Assembly (NCBI GenBank): GCA_001774685.1
Contig: MFAS01000001.1
Span: 705,485-769,484, forward strand
Source of the DNA: Candidatus Collierbacteria bacterium RIFOXYD2_FULL_45_13
GTDB taxonomy: Bacteria; Patescibacteriota; Microgenomatia; UBA1400; MFAQ01
Length of the DNA stretch: 64,000 nucleotides
Direction: 5' to 3'
Shown: positions 1-10,414 of the stretch, piece by piece
Position numbering within the stretch: position 1 is the stretch's first letter
Layout of the letters: every line of letters starts with the position of its first letter
Notes under the pieces: model-generated
Database searches by the model: none
Told to the model about the DNA's origin: nothing
The model's input: the letters and a program-made list of their open reading frames with translations, nothing else
Made by a program: the position numbers and the translations under genes

Positions 1-3
1 CCG

Positions 4-681
4 TTGTCTGCCGAACATCATTTCGAAGCTCTAAAGGTTTATTCAGAATATAAAAAACGGGAAGGACATGGAGGACTGCTTGGTACCTCATGGGTAAAGT
101 ACGCTTCGGATCTGAACCTTATGATCATGGGGACCATGGCTCATGAATACCCTGAGCTTATGGCTGCTCTTTACGGATACCCACTGGCAAATAAGATGGC
201 CATGCAAACTTGGATAGATCATTATGGCAAACGTGTGGGCTATTTTCTTCCGGATACTTTTACCACAGAAGTTGCCCTGCGTGATTTCGACCATTACTTT
301 GCCAACACCTTTGAGGGCACACGTCAAGACTCAAGAAGTCCCTTTTGGTACGCAGATTTAATGGTTGCTCATTACCGCCGACTAGGTATAGATATGCGCC
401 AAAAGTCAATTGTTTTCAGCAACAGCCTTAAAACCAGAAAGGAGATCTCCGCCGTCAACGAGTATCGACCGGGGGAATACCGGCGTGGAGTCCTATTGGG
501 AGGATATATCACTAACAATGTAGGGTTCAAACCTTACAACACAGTTTTGAAGCTTGTTGCTGTCAAGGTGGCCGACGGACCATGGCAAGATGTTGTAAAA
601 CTGTCGGATGATCCCGCAAAATCTATCGGCAAGATCGAAGAAATCGCCAGATGTCGACAGATACTTGGAATTCAAGACTAA
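4..681 (+). CDS. pncB: nicotinate phosphoribosyltransferase, C-terminal part (5' end outside window)
   Basis: ORF runs off the window start. It has the LLGTSWV and MGTMAHEY motifs, matching the PncB-family GTSNV / GTQAHE signature. Confidence 0.75.
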   Translation: MSAEHHFEALKVYSEYKKREGHGGLLGTSWVKYASDLNLMIMGTMAHEYPELMAALYGYPLANKMAMQTWIDHYGKRVGYFLPDTFTTEVALRDFDHYFANTFEGTRQDSRSPFWYADLMVAHYRRLGIDMRQKSIVFSNSLKTRKEISAVNEYRPGEYRRGVLLGGYITNNVGFKPYNTVLKLVAVKVADGPWQDVVKLSDDPAKSIGKIEEIARCRQILGIQD

Positions 682-688
682 CTTCACA

Positions 689-716
689 ACACCCTCCCCG
701 GAGGGTGTTTTTTTGT
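689..716. terminator. Rho-independent terminator between the convergent pncB and mgtC-like genes
   Basis: Hairpin caccctcc-ccgg-agggtg followed by a run of 8 T; on the reverse strand it gives a shorter A/T-rich tail. Confidence 0.7.
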
Positions 717-727
717 GTCTGCAAGAG

Positions 728-1369
728 CTAATCGTCCGAAAGTTCTAGATCATAGCCAATTTTCGCCTTTTTCAGGCCGGCTCTCAAGATCGCGTTTCTT
801 TGATGTGAGGAAATAATGGTAGCGATAACCTGACCATTCTTTACTGATCGAGAACGAACATCAGAGCCTAGTTTGCTCAAAATAGTTTCCAATTTACTTT
901 CATCTTTAGGCTTTACGCGCAACTGGTAATAGTCACCTTTAAGCCCGTATTTATATTGAAATATCGCAATTGGATTAAGTAACAAAACTAAGAGCACGGT
1001 TACTATAGCAGGTGCATATAGTCCGGCACCGATACAAAGGCCGATAGCGGCCGTAGTCCAAATGGTCGCCGCCGTGGTCACCCCCAATACTTTACTGCCG
1101 TTTTTCAAAATCACTCCGGCACCTAAGAAACCAACCCCGGTAATCACCTGCGCCATCAAACGTGCCGGATCGGCCCCGCCATACCACTTACTGAGATAAA
1201 CAGAGATACCTCCCATTAATGCAGAACTGACACAAACCAACATCTGTGTTCTTATCCCTGCCGCCTTTCCACTTCTTTCCCTGTCAAAGCCAATAATTAC
1301 CCCAGCCACAAAGGCCACCAGCACACGCTCAATAATCTTTAGTTGAAATTCATCGACTCCGAAAAACAT
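728..1369 (-). CDS. MgtC/SapB family membrane protein
   Basis: 213 aa with an N-terminal hydrophobic domain carrying the GFDRE...GIRT signature of the MgtC family. Confidence 0.7.
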   Translation of the reverse strand: MFFGVDEFQLKIIERVLVAFVAGVIIGFDRERSGKAAGIRTQMLVCVSSALMGGISVYLSKWYGGADPARLMAQVITGVGFLGAGVILKNGSKVLGVTTAATIWTTAAIGLCIGAGLYAPAIVTVLLVLLLNPIAIFQYKYGLKGDYYQLRVKPKDESKLETILSKLGSDVRSRSVKNGQVIATIISSHQRNAILRAGLKKAKIGYDLELSDD

Positions 1370-1403
1370 ATCCGTAGTTTATCACCTACCAATAGTTTTA
1401 TTG

Positions 1404-2840
1404 TTATGGATTCAGAAAATCCAAGTTTACACACAGCTGATCCTCCCAAATCATCTCCGGATACTTCTTCAGCATTTCCAGGACATATTTCTTCCTATCT
1501 TCAAACACTGCTTGATCTTTAGCCTCAAACTTAATAGTGATATAAGGACCATTCTGAGAATATCGAAAGACCATCATGCCATCCGAAAAGTCCGCTCTCA
1601 CCCCATCATCACCAGGTATTACAGTGTCATCTGTTATTTGGGCATCGGGAAAATCAGTCATAAATCTCTTGGCCAAGTGTTTTACTACGCCGATTTTCTT
1701 ATCATCCGGACATCCAATTTTAATTTCCGGTGAAGAAATATATGCTGGAAAGCTCTCATACAACTGAGAAAGTGACACTTTCTTCTCGGATAAATACTCG
1801 AGTATTCTGAGTGCCGCATACGCACCATCGTCATGGCCATAAGCATTATCGGCAAAGAAAAAGTGTCCCGACAGCTCACCACCAAAAGCAGCTCTTTCTT
1901 CCGCAATCTTACTCTTTATAAAAGCGTGCCCGGTCTTCCAAATGATCGGGGTACCACCATGGTTTTTGACTACTTCTCGCACCACTTGTGAGCAAAGTGT
2001 GTTGTATATAATTTTAGAGCCGGGGAACCGCTCCAAAATTTCTTCAGCAAAAATAGCCACAGCCACGTCATTCCACAGAACACGTCCTTTCTCGTCTGAT
2101 AAACCGATTCTGTCTCCATCTCCATCAAAAGCGATTCCCAAATCTGCTCTTTTAGAAAGCACCACTTGCGCTAATGCCTCCATCAGGTGTCCATCTGTGG
2201 GGTCCGGTGTGCCCTTGGGAAACGAACCATCCACTTTTGTGTTCATTTCAACAACCTCACAGCCTGCCCTTCTCAGTATCTCGGGGACATAGATACCGGT
2301 AGTTCCACAATGAGAGTCAACCACTACTCTAAATGATCTTTTTAATCTCACTCTCTTTAAGACGTCCAGTATATAATCCTCCTTGATAGCGGCTTTAGAA
2401 ATTTTCCCGCGTTCAGCGGCGATAAAATATTCATCATTTTCTACGTATCTTCGTAATTCCTGCACATCTTCAGGTCCAGTAGTTTGGGAATACCCTACAC
2501 CAAGCTTAAATCCATTGAAGTTCTTTGGATTGTGTGAGGCGGTCAAAATCGCCCCCCCGTTTGTCTGGAATCTGTACTGTCCAAAATACATCATTTGAGT
2601 CATGATCAAACCGAGATCAATGATATCTACTCCCGTACTAAGTACACCGTTCATGAACGCCTTCTGAAACTTGGGACCGGATAATCGACAGTCTCTGCCA
2701 CAAACCATTTGACCAATTTTCCGCCTTACCAGAAACGTCCCGTAGGCCTTTCCTAAGGCCTCAACCTTCAATTTATCAAGGTCAACATCCACCACTCCCC
2801 GAATATCATAGTTTCTAAAAATTAAAGGGCTAATTTTCAT
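1404..2840 (-). CDS. phosphoglucomutase/phosphomannomutase (alpha-D-phosphohexomutase)
   Basis: 478 aa with the active-site TASHNP motif and the GDGDR metal-binding loop. The N-terminus (YDIRGVV) is typical of PMM/PGM. Confidence 0.85.
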   Translation of the reverse strand: MKISPLIFRNYDIRGVVDVDLDKLKVEALGKAYGTFLVRRKIGQMVCGRDCRLSGPKFQKAFMNGVLSTGVDIIDLGLIMTQMMYFGQYRFQTNGGAILTASHNPKNFNGFKLGVGYSQTTGPEDVQELRRYVENDEYFIAAERGKISKAAIKEDYILDVLKRVRLKRSFRVVVDSHCGTTGIYVPEILRRAGCEVVEMNTKVDGSFPKGTPDPTDGHLMEALAQVVLSKRADLGIAFDGDGDRIGLSDEKGRVLWNDVAVAIFAEEILERFPGSKIIYNTLCSQVVREVVKNHGGTPIIWKTGHAFIKSKIAEERAAFGGELSGHFFFADNAYGHDDGAYAALRILEYLSEKKVSLSQLYESFPAYISSPEIKIGCPDDKKIGVVKHLAKRFMTDFPDAQITDDTVIPGDDGVRADFSDGMMVFRYSQNGPYITIKFEAKDQAVFEDRKKYVLEMLKKYPEMIWEDQLCVNLDFLNP

Positions 2841-2879
2841 AGGTAAAAATTGATAGTTATTTGAGTATATACTGAATTA

Positions 2880-4301
2880 ATGCAGTTAAGTCCGTATATT
2901 TTTCGTGGGTACGACATTCGGGGAATCGTAGACCAAGAGATAACAGATGAAGTAATGTATTTGATAGGAAGAGGATTCGCAACCTTTCTAACCGAAAGAC
3001 GAATCCGTCTTTGTTCGGTCGGCAGAGATAATCGCCAAAGCAGTACTTCATTTTCCAAAGCCTTTATTAGAGGATTGAATGACGGTGGTATTGATACCAT
3101 CGACATAGGACTTTCTTTAAGTCAAATTGTCTACTTTTCCTCATATCATTTTCTCAGCAAGGCTTGCGCGATGATCACGGCATCCCACAATCCGAAAAAC
3201 TTTAATGGTCTAAAGCTGGGAATAGGTTACTCCAAAACTATGTCAGGAACAGAAATACAAGAGCTTAGGCAAATTATCGAAAGCGGACGATTTTCCATTG
3301 GCTATGGCCGCTCGTTATCACAAAACATTTTCCTCCCATACCAAAAACACCTACAACAATATTTCAAACTCAAGAAAAAATGGCGAGTTGTCGTGGATAC
3401 TCTAAATACCTCATCCGGATGTTTCTACCCCCAAATTTTCCGTAAGGCCGGATGTAAGGTGATAACCCTACACGAGCGACTTGACAGTCATTTTCCCAAT
3501 GGCACAGATCCCACAGACACAAAGGTCTTAACCGATCTAGGAAAAAAGGTTGTCCGAGAGAAAGCCGATATCGGTTTTGCTTTTGATGCCGACGGAGACC
3601 GAATGGCTGTCGTGGACGAGAATGGTAAGCTTCACTGGATGGACATAATTGTTGCCCTCTTTGCCATCGATATTTTGGAAAACATACCAGGAGCAACCAT
3701 TATCTACAACAACCTGTGCTCCAAATCTGTCTCTGAAACTATTCATAGACTTGGAGGTAATCCCCTAATGTGGAAAACTGGGCATTCGTTTATCAAAGCC
3801 AAAATACAGGAAACCGGAGCCATGCTTGGCGGTGAATTGTCGGGTCACATCTTTTTTATGGACAATTTTTTTGGACACGACGATGCGGCTTATGCTTGCC
3901 TTAGACTACTTTCTTTCCTGGAGAAGCATGGCGAGACCCTTTCAGAGGCAACTTCATCCTTTGAAAGTTACCTTGGTAGTCCGGAAATTAAACTTGGAGT
4001 GGCAGATGAAATAAAATTTACTTTGGTGGAAAAGCAACTGAGGCATGATCTCTCCACTTCCTGGCCAGACGCAAAGATCAACGATCTGGATGGTATTCGA
4101 ATCGATAGCGAAGAGATGATGGCTGTCGTCAGGGCTTCACAAAACGGACCGTATATCACGGTTAGATTTGAAGGTAGAAGCGAGAAGCTCTACAATGAAG
4201 TCAGAGACAAATTAAAAAGAATACTCACGGCATACCCTGAAATCGACTGGCAGGACTCCATAAACGGTTACGCCTTAAATAATAAAAATGAACTATCTTG
4301 A
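2880..4301 (+). CDS. phosphoglucomutase/phosphomannomutase paralog
   Basis: 473 aa with TASHNP and DADGDR motifs. It is clearly paralogous to the divergent upstream gene, and only 39 bp separate the two start codons. Confidence 0.85.
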   Translation: MQLSPYIFRGYDIRGIVDQEITDEVMYLIGRGFATFLTERRIRLCSVGRDNRQSSTSFSKAFIRGLNDGGIDTIDIGLSLSQIVYFSSYHFLSKACAMITASHNPKNFNGLKLGIGYSKTMSGTEIQELRQIIESGRFSIGYGRSLSQNIFLPYQKHLQQYFKLKKKWRVVVDTLNTSSGCFYPQIFRKAGCKVITLHERLDSHFPNGTDPTDTKVLTDLGKKVVREKADIGFAFDADGDRMAVVDENGKLHWMDIIVALFAIDILENIPGATIIYNNLCSKSVSETIHRLGGNPLMWKTGHSFIKAKIQETGAMLGGELSGHIFFMDNFFGHDDAAYACLRLLSFLEKHGETLSEATSSFESYLGSPEIKLGVADEIKFTLVEKQLRHDLSTSWPDAKINDLDGIRIDSEEMMAVVRASQNGPYITVRFEGRSEKLYNEVRDKLKRILTAYPEIDWQDSINGYALNNKNELS

Positions 4302-5355
4302 TAATCAAAAGAATTATCGTCTGCAGGATCCAAGCAATCTTTATGATTCGTTGTCTAGATTTGGGCGGCAGATAGAAGCGGGCTGGCACAATGCGGAATT
4401 CGTCAATCTTGATTTTGAATTAAGCAAAATAAACAACATCGTGTTTTGTGGTATGGGAGGGAGTAACTTATCTGCCGAAATCATTAAGTCTTTGGCACCC
4501 TTTATCCTTTCCTGTCCTTTTGAAATCATCTCAAACTATCGCCTTCCTTCATTCGCCGACAAAAAAACTTTGGTGATTCTTTCAAGTTACTCTGGTAACA
4601 CCGAAGAGGTCATCTCCTGTGCTCAGGACGCCTCCATGAGGAGTTGTCCGGTTGTTTGTATCACCTCTGGCGGAAAGTTGAAGGACCTGGCTCGCAACCA
4701 ACAGCTACCCCTCATCGAACTCGATGAAAAATATAATCCTTCAGGCTCACCCAGAGCGGGAGTCTGCTTATCCATAGGTGCCATTATCGGCTTGTTACTC
4801 CGTCTTAATCAATCCGCAAAAAAGTACTTCGATAAAAAAGAGATTATTCAAACGATTGATCGGATGATCGATATGGTGAACCCACTCAAAGACACCCAAG
4901 AGAACCCTGCCAAGTCGCTCGCGATCAAACACAAAGGTTTAGGAATTGTCTTCTTTTCGGCCAACCATCTTTCCGGAGTTGGGAAATTGTTTGGTAACTA
5001 CCTAAATGAAACCGCCAAAACATTTTCCGTCAACTTTAGCCTGCCCGATCTTGACCACCATCTCTTAGAAGGCTTACTTTTCCCAACCTCTTTGAAAGAT
5101 GATCTGTCTTTTCTGGTTCTAAACTCAGATGCTTTTCCCGAAATAATCCAAAGACGGATACACATCACACGTGATGTTCTGTTGAAACAAAAATATCGGG
5201 TCACCGTAATAAAGCCGGAGGCTACCGATCCGATCCTTCAAGTGTTTGAATCTCTGGTCTTTTTGGTTATATTTAGTTATTATTTAGGTATAGTTAATAA
5301 AGTCAACCCAGCGATTAATCCATGGGTTGATTATCTTAAGAAAGAGTTACACTAA
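4288..5355 (+). CDS. bifunctional phosphoglucose/phosphomannose isomerase (SIS domain)
   Basis: 355 aa with the CGMGGS SIS-domain motif and archaeal-type PGI/PMI architecture. It overlaps the upstream gene, and its stop overlaps the ppsA start (TAATG). Confidence 0.65.
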   Translation: MNYLDNQKNYRLQDPSNLYDSLSRFGRQIEAGWHNAEFVNLDFELSKINNIVFCGMGGSNLSAEIIKSLAPFILSCPFEIISNYRLPSFADKKTLVILSSYSGNTEEVISCAQDASMRSCPVVCITSGGKLKDLARNQQLPLIELDEKYNPSGSPRAGVCLSIGAIIGLLLRLNQSAKKYFDKKEIIQTIDRMIDMVNPLKDTQENPAKSLAIKHKGLGIVFFSANHLSGVGKLFGNYLNETAKTFSVNFSLPDLDHHLLEGLLFPTSLKDDLSFLVLNSDAFPEIIQRRIHITRDVLLKQKYRVTVIKPEATDPILQVFESLVFLVIFSYYLGIVNKVNPAINPWVDYLKKELH

Positions 5356-7631
5356 TGTCTACAACGCCTGCCCTGGTACTCCCGTTTAATAAAATTAGAA
5401 AAGAGGATATTCCTTTGGTTGGAGGAAAGGGTGCTAACTTGGGTGAGATGTACAACTACGGCATACCCGTACCCAACGGTTTTGTAATTACGGCCCAGGC
5501 TTATCAATATGTTATTGACCACAACGCTCTGCAACCAGTCATCAGAGAAATCATCAGACAAATCGAAGTAACCAATCAAACAGAGCTAGAGAAGGCTTCC
5601 GTCAAAATACAGCGTCTAATAAACACAGCCGATATCCCCCTAGAACTTACATCGGAGATTTTTAGCCGTTACGAAAGTCTGAAGCCCGGTGAAAAGAATC
5701 CATTGGTCGCTGTTCGGTCTTCGGCTACAGCCGAGGATTTACCCGATGCTTCTTTCGCCGGACAGCAAGAATCCTACTTGGATATCAAGGGAGAGTCAAA
5801 CGTTTTACAGGCCGTTAGAAAAGCTTGGGCTTCCCTCTGGGGAGCCAGGGCGATTTTCTACAGAGCCACTAAAGGATACGATCATTTTAAAGTCCAGCTG
5901 GCAGTACCGGTTCAATTGATGATTCAGTCTGAAGTATCCGGCGTCGTTTTTTCGGTCAACCCTGTAAGTCGGAACAAAAATCAGGTGGTGGTGGAGGCTG
6001 TTTGGGGATTGGGGGACTATATGGTACAGGGGGTTGTCAATCCTGATCACTACATCGTCAACAAAGACACCATGACCATACATTCCAGGCAGTTTGTCCC
6101 CCAGACAATCATGGAAATTATGCAATATCCCAGTGGCGTCAAAAAAGTTAATGTTCCCAAGGAAAAAATTAATTTAAGGAAGCTGACCGACGAACAAGTG
6201 ATCGAAGTCGCCAAACTTTCAGCCAAAGTACACCAACATTATTTCTTTCCCCAGGATAGCGAATTCGCGGTGGAAGACGGCAAAATATATTTAGTCCAAA
6301 CTCGCCCGATCACCACACTGGACATGGGAAAAGGATCCAAACACATTTCCGAAGAACAAATCCTTAAGCTTACCCAGTTGCTACAAGGAGAACCGGCTTC
6401 TTTTGGAATAGGTTTTGGTAAAGTTGTCAAAATTAAGTCTGCCAGTGAAATCAATAAGGTTAAAGAGGGTGCTGTTTTGGTCACCGAAATGACTTCGCCT
6501 GATTTCGTTCCGGCCATGAAAAGAGCTGCTGCCATTGTCACTGACAAGGGTGGCCAAACCTCACACGCGGCTATTGTCTCCCGGGAGCTCGGTGTTCCGG
6601 CAGTCGTGGGAACCAAAACCGCGACCAAAACACTTAAAGACGACCAGGTCATAACCGTCAACGGTTCGACCGGTACTATTTACAAAGGCGTCCCCGAGAA
6701 AGGAAAAGCGGTCGAGCAAAAGGATTTCAAAGAGGCAGAATTTCCTAAGACAGCCACTCACGTTTACGTCAATCTGGGAGAGCCGGACTTGGCCCCTGTT
6801 GTCGCTCAAGGCAATTCAGACGGTGTTGGCTTGCTGCGGGCCGAATTTATGATGGCCCAGATCGGTGTTCATCCAAAAAAGATGATTCGCGACGGTAAAG
6901 AAAAAATATTTATCGATAAACTCGCCGAGGATCTGGCTAAGTTTACTTTTAGCTTTGGCGATAGACCCATTGTTTATCGTGCCTCGGATTTCAAAACAAA
7001 TGAGTACCGAAACTTGGTTGGTGGACAGGCTTACGAACCAATCGAACCAAATCCTATGTTGGGTTTCCGAGGCGCTTACCGCTATATCAGTGATGAGTCC
7101 GTTTTTAATCTGGAATTGGAAGCCATTAAAATCGTCAGGAATAAAATGGGGTTCAAAAATCTTCACCTAATGGTTCCCTTCGTGAGAACAGTGGACGAGT
7201 TAATCAAAGTTAAAAGAATCGTCTCTGCTTCCGGTCTAACCAGGTCAAATACCTTTAAACTCTGGATGATGGTCGAAATACCCTCCAACGTAATCTTGTT
7301 AGAAGACTTTATTCAAGTGGGTATCGATGGTGTCTCAATCGGGAGCAACGATCTAACCATGCTAATTCTTGGTACTGACAGGGATAACGAGACAGTAGCC
7401 TCAGAATTTGACGAGCGGAATCCTGCTGTTACCTGGGCTCTGGAACACGTGGTTAAAACAGCCGCCAAACACCACATAACAAGCTCTTTATGTGGTCAAG
7501 CAGCCAGTCTATACCCCGATTTGGTGGAGAAATTAGTCGGTTGGGGAATTACCTCCGTCTCGGTCAGCCCAGATGCGGTAGACAATACCCGCCGCGTTAT
7601 TGCTCAGATCGAAAAGCACTTACTTAAATAA
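5355..7631 (+). CDS. ppsA: phosphoenolpyruvate synthase (pyruvate, water dikinase)
   Basis: 758 aa with three recognisable domains: an N-terminal ATP-grasp; a phosphohistidine domain (TDKGGQTSHAAIVSRELGVPAVVG); and a C-terminal PEP-utilising TIM barrel (GSNDLTMLILG). Confidence 0.9.
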   Translation: MSTTPALVLPFNKIRKEDIPLVGGKGANLGEMYNYGIPVPNGFVITAQAYQYVIDHNALQPVIREIIRQIEVTNQTELEKASVKIQRLINTADIPLELTSEIFSRYESLKPGEKNPLVAVRSSATAEDLPDASFAGQQESYLDIKGESNVLQAVRKAWASLWGARAIFYRATKGYDHFKVQLAVPVQLMIQSEVSGVVFSVNPVSRNKNQVVVEAVWGLGDYMVQGVVNPDHYIVNKDTMTIHSRQFVPQTIMEIMQYPSGVKKVNVPKEKINLRKLTDEQVIEVAKLSAKVHQHYFFPQDSEFAVEDGKIYLVQTRPITTLDMGKGSKHISEEQILKLTQLLQGEPASFGIGFGKVVKIKSASEINKVKEGAVLVTEMTSPDFVPAMKRAAAIVTDKGGQTSHAAIVSRELGVPAVVGTKTATKTLKDDQVITVNGSTGTIYKGVPEKGKAVEQKDFKEAEFPKTATHVYVNLGEPDLAPVVAQGNSDGVGLLRAEFMMAQIGVHPKKMIRDGKEKIFIDKLAEDLAKFTFSFGDRPIVYRASDFKTNEYRNLVGGQAYEPIEPNPMLGFRGAYRYISDESVFNLELEAIKIVRNKMGFKNLHLMVPFVRTVDELIKVKRIVSASGLTRSNTFKLWMMVEIPSNVILLEDFIQVGIDGVSIGSNDLTMLILGTDRDNETVASEFDERNPAVTWALEHVVKTAAKHHITSSLCGQAASLYPDLVEKLVGWGITSVSVSPDAVDNTRRVIAQIEKHLLK

Positions 7632-7634
7632 TAT

Positions 7635-8906
7635 ATGTCCAAAATCAAATCCGTCTACGCCAGAGAAATCCTGGACTCTAGAGGCAATCCAACCATTGAA
7701 ACCACCATTTGGTCCGACTCTAATCATGGAGCGGTCGCCTCTGTTCCAAGCGGTGCTTCAACAGGACGTCTGGAAGCTTTCGAGTTGCGGGACGGAGACC
7801 CCAACCGTTTTGACGGAATGGGAGTCCTCAAGGCCTGCGCCAGTGTCAACCAAATTGTCAGTAAATATCTAATTGGCTTAGATCCGCTTAAGCAAAATGA
7901 GATTGATCAAATTCTAATTAATCTTGATGGTACAGCCAACAAGTCAAAACTAGGGGCAAATGCTATTCTATCAGCCTCGCAAGCCTGTTTCGAGTTAGGC
8001 GCGGCTTGTGCTCAGATGCCGACTTTTGAATATACCACCCAAAAATACGGATTGGCTACTCCATCTGCTTTACATTTGCCAACCCCGATTTTTAACATGG
8101 TCAATGGCGGCAAACATGGAGCTGGTAACCTTGATTTCCAGGAATATCACTGTATTCCCTCCAGCCGGAAAAAGTTCTCCGATGCTTTAGAGATGGGCAG
8201 CGAGCTTTATCATCTTCTCAAAAAGATTCTTACCGAAAAAAAGGCTATTCACTCGGTGGGAGACGAAGGAGGTTTTGCTCCAAACTTGTTTTCAAATACA
8301 GACGCTATCGAACTACTTGTAGAAACCATCGAATCCAGCAAATACAAACTAAACGAAGACGTCTACCTAGGACTGGACGTAGCTGCTTCATCGTTTTACG
8401 ACGGCGGTAAATACAAAATAAGTGACGTCAAAGAATCTATGTCAGGTACTCAAATGGGTGACTTTCTGATTGATTTGGTTAGAAAATACAGCCTCCTCTC
8501 AGTTGAGGATCCGTTTGATCAAGATGCCTGGACAGACTGGGAGAATTTCACAAACAATATTGGTAAACAGCTCATGGTAGTTGGCGACGATCTACTGGTA
8601 ACCAACAGAACCAGATTGGAAGAATCCATAAAAAGAAATGCCTGCAATACCGTTCTGGTTAAACCGAATCAAATTGGTACGATTTCCGAAACGGTATCGG
8701 TTGTCAAACTGGCTAGAAAGAACGACATGTCTATCATCGTTTCACATCGGTCGGGAGATACCGACGAGGATTTCCTGGCTGACTTTGCCGTCGGAGTTGG
8801 TGCCGATTTCGTCAAATTTGGTGCACCTGGCAGAGGGGAGAGGGTTACCAAATACAATCGCCTGCTTTTTATTCAAGAATATCTCGAAAGTCTCAACCCC
8901 CAATAA
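7635..8906 (+). CDS. eno: enolase
   Basis: N-terminus KIKSVYAREILDSRGNPTIET plus the SHRSGDTDE signature. Confidence 0.95.
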   Translation: MSKIKSVYAREILDSRGNPTIETTIWSDSNHGAVASVPSGASTGRLEAFELRDGDPNRFDGMGVLKACASVNQIVSKYLIGLDPLKQNEIDQILINLDGTANKSKLGANAILSASQACFELGAACAQMPTFEYTTQKYGLATPSALHLPTPIFNMVNGGKHGAGNLDFQEYHCIPSSRKKFSDALEMGSELYHLLKKILTEKKAIHSVGDEGGFAPNLFSNTDAIELLVETIESSKYKLNEDVYLGLDVAASSFYDGGKYKISDVKESMSGTQMGDFLIDLVRKYSLLSVEDPFDQDAWTDWENFTNNIGKQLMVVGDDLLVTNRTRLEESIKRNACNTVLVKPNQIGTISETVSVVKLARKNDMSIIVSHRSGDTDEDFLADFAVGVGADFVKFGAPGRGERVTKYNRLLFIQEYLESLNPQ

Positions 8907-10414
8907 TGGCCAAAAAGGTAATCCTTTGTATATTAGATGGTTGGGGTATTGCACCCGATTCACCGGGAAACGCCATCACCCAAGCAAATCCAAAAACCTT
9001 TAACTATCTATCAGAAAATTTTCCTAACACCAAACTTCTTGCGGCCGGCCCCGCTGTTGGTTTGCCCGAAGGGATGGATGGAAATAGCGAAACCGGTCAT
9101 CTGAACATCGGTGCGGGAAGGGTTGTCTACCAGGATCTTGCTTTAATAAACATGTCCATAGCCGACGGTAGTTTCTTTACTAACAAAACTCTACTCGATA
9201 CCGTAAAGCATATCAACTCATTCGGATCCAGACTTCATCTTCTGGGAATGATTGGATCATCAGGAGTTCATTCCTTCAACGAACACCTCTTTGCCCTCAT
9301 GCTTTTTGCCAAGAGTCAAAATGTTAAGGAAGTCTATCTTCATCTAATCACTGACGGACGGGATAGTCCTCCCCAAGAAGGACTATCCCAGATAAAACAG
9401 GTTCAGGAAAAAATTAAGAAGATTGGGGTGGGGGACATTGTATCGGTTCTTGGGAGGTATTACGCCATGGACCGGGACAAACGTTGGGACAGGACCCAAC
9501 TTGCTTTTGACTGTTTGGTGGGCTCTGGTGGAGGATCGGATGGCGATCCAATTTCGGCAGTCGAAAATAGTTACAGCCACGGGGATACTGATGAATTTAT
9601 CAAACCATTGGCTATCGGCGAGAATCTCTCAGAATCAAGAGTCAAGGCTGGGGATGCCGTGATATTTTTTAATTTCAGAACAGATCGGCCAAGACAGCTT
9701 ACGGAATTGTTTCTTAAGTCAAACATTCCCAACCTTAGATTTGTCACTATGACTAAATATCGCAAGGCATTCGACAACCCGGTCATGTTTCCAACAACAA
9801 CGGTCACCAACACGCTAGGAGAAATAATCTCGAACCACCATTTACTTCAGTTAAGAGCTGCTGAGACGGAAAAAATCGCCATGGTCACTTATTATTTCAA
9901 CGGTCAAAGCGAACAATCCTTTCCTGGAGAAGCCAGACTTTTTATCGACTCTCTTAAAATTGAAACCTATGATCTACAACCAAGAATGTCTACCGACAAA
10001 TTAATTGTTGAGTTTACTTCACGCTTTATAAATGATGGTTTCCGCTTTGCGGTTATTAACATTGCTTGTCCGGACATGGTTGCTCATACTGGTAAAATTC
10101 ACGAGACCAAGGAGGCGATTCTGGCCGCCGACGATGCTCTTAACTCACTCGTAAACTTAGCCAAGGAAACTGATAGCTACCTGCTAATCACCGCCGATCA
10201 TGGCAACGCCGAGGAGCTAATCAATCTTGAAACTGGGCAGGTTGACACCGAACATTCAAATCTACCGGTTCCCTTCATTCTTTACCATCCGACCGATTAC
10301 CAACTACAGCTTCAATCCGGGAAGTTGGGTGACATCGCACCCACAATTTTAAGCCTCCTGGAACTACCACAACCCCCAGAAATGAACGGCAAAAATTTGA
10401 TCGTTAGACAATAG
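8906..10414 (+). CDS. gpmI: 2,3-bisphosphoglycerate-independent phosphoglycerate mutase
   Basis: 502 aa, N-terminus VILCILDGWGI, a metal-binding ADHGN motif, and iPGM architecture. Confidence 0.9.
   Translation: MAKKVILCILDGWGIAPDSPGNAITQANPKTFNYLSENFPNTKLLAAGPAVGLPEGMDGNSETGHLNIGAGRVVYQDLALINMSIADGSFFTNKTLLDTVKHINSFGSRLHLLGMIGSSGVHSFNEHLFALMLFAKSQNVKEVYLHLITDGRDSPPQEGLSQIKQVQEKIKKIGVGDIVSVLGRYYAMDRDKRWDRTQLAFDCLVGSGGGSDGDPISAVENSYSHGDTDEFIKPLAIGENLSESRVKAGDAVIFFNFRTDRPRQLTELFLKSNIPNLRFVTMTKYRKAFDNPVMFPTTTVTNTLGEIISNHHLLQLRAAETEKIAMVTYYFNGQSEQSFPGEARLFIDSLKIETYDLQPRMSTDKLIVEFTSRFINDGFRFAVINIACPDMVAHTGKIHETKEAILAADDALNSLVNLAKETDSYLLITADHGNAEELINLETGQVDTEHSNLPVPFILYHPTDYQLQLQSGKLGDIAPTILSLLELPQPPEMNGKNLIVRQ

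Noticed and set aside
2880-4301. The second phosphohexomutase as a pseudogene or duplicate remnant.
   Set aside because: It is full length with intact catalytic Ser, metal-binding and sugar-binding motifs.
1576-9813. Many 60-140 aa ORFs antisense to or overlapping the PMM, ppsA, eno and gpmI genes, for example 1942-2292, 5805-6125, 6239-6661, 6816-7166 and 9383-9813.
   Set aside because: They sit on the opposite strand or in other frames of confidently identified conserved enzymes, with no independent support.
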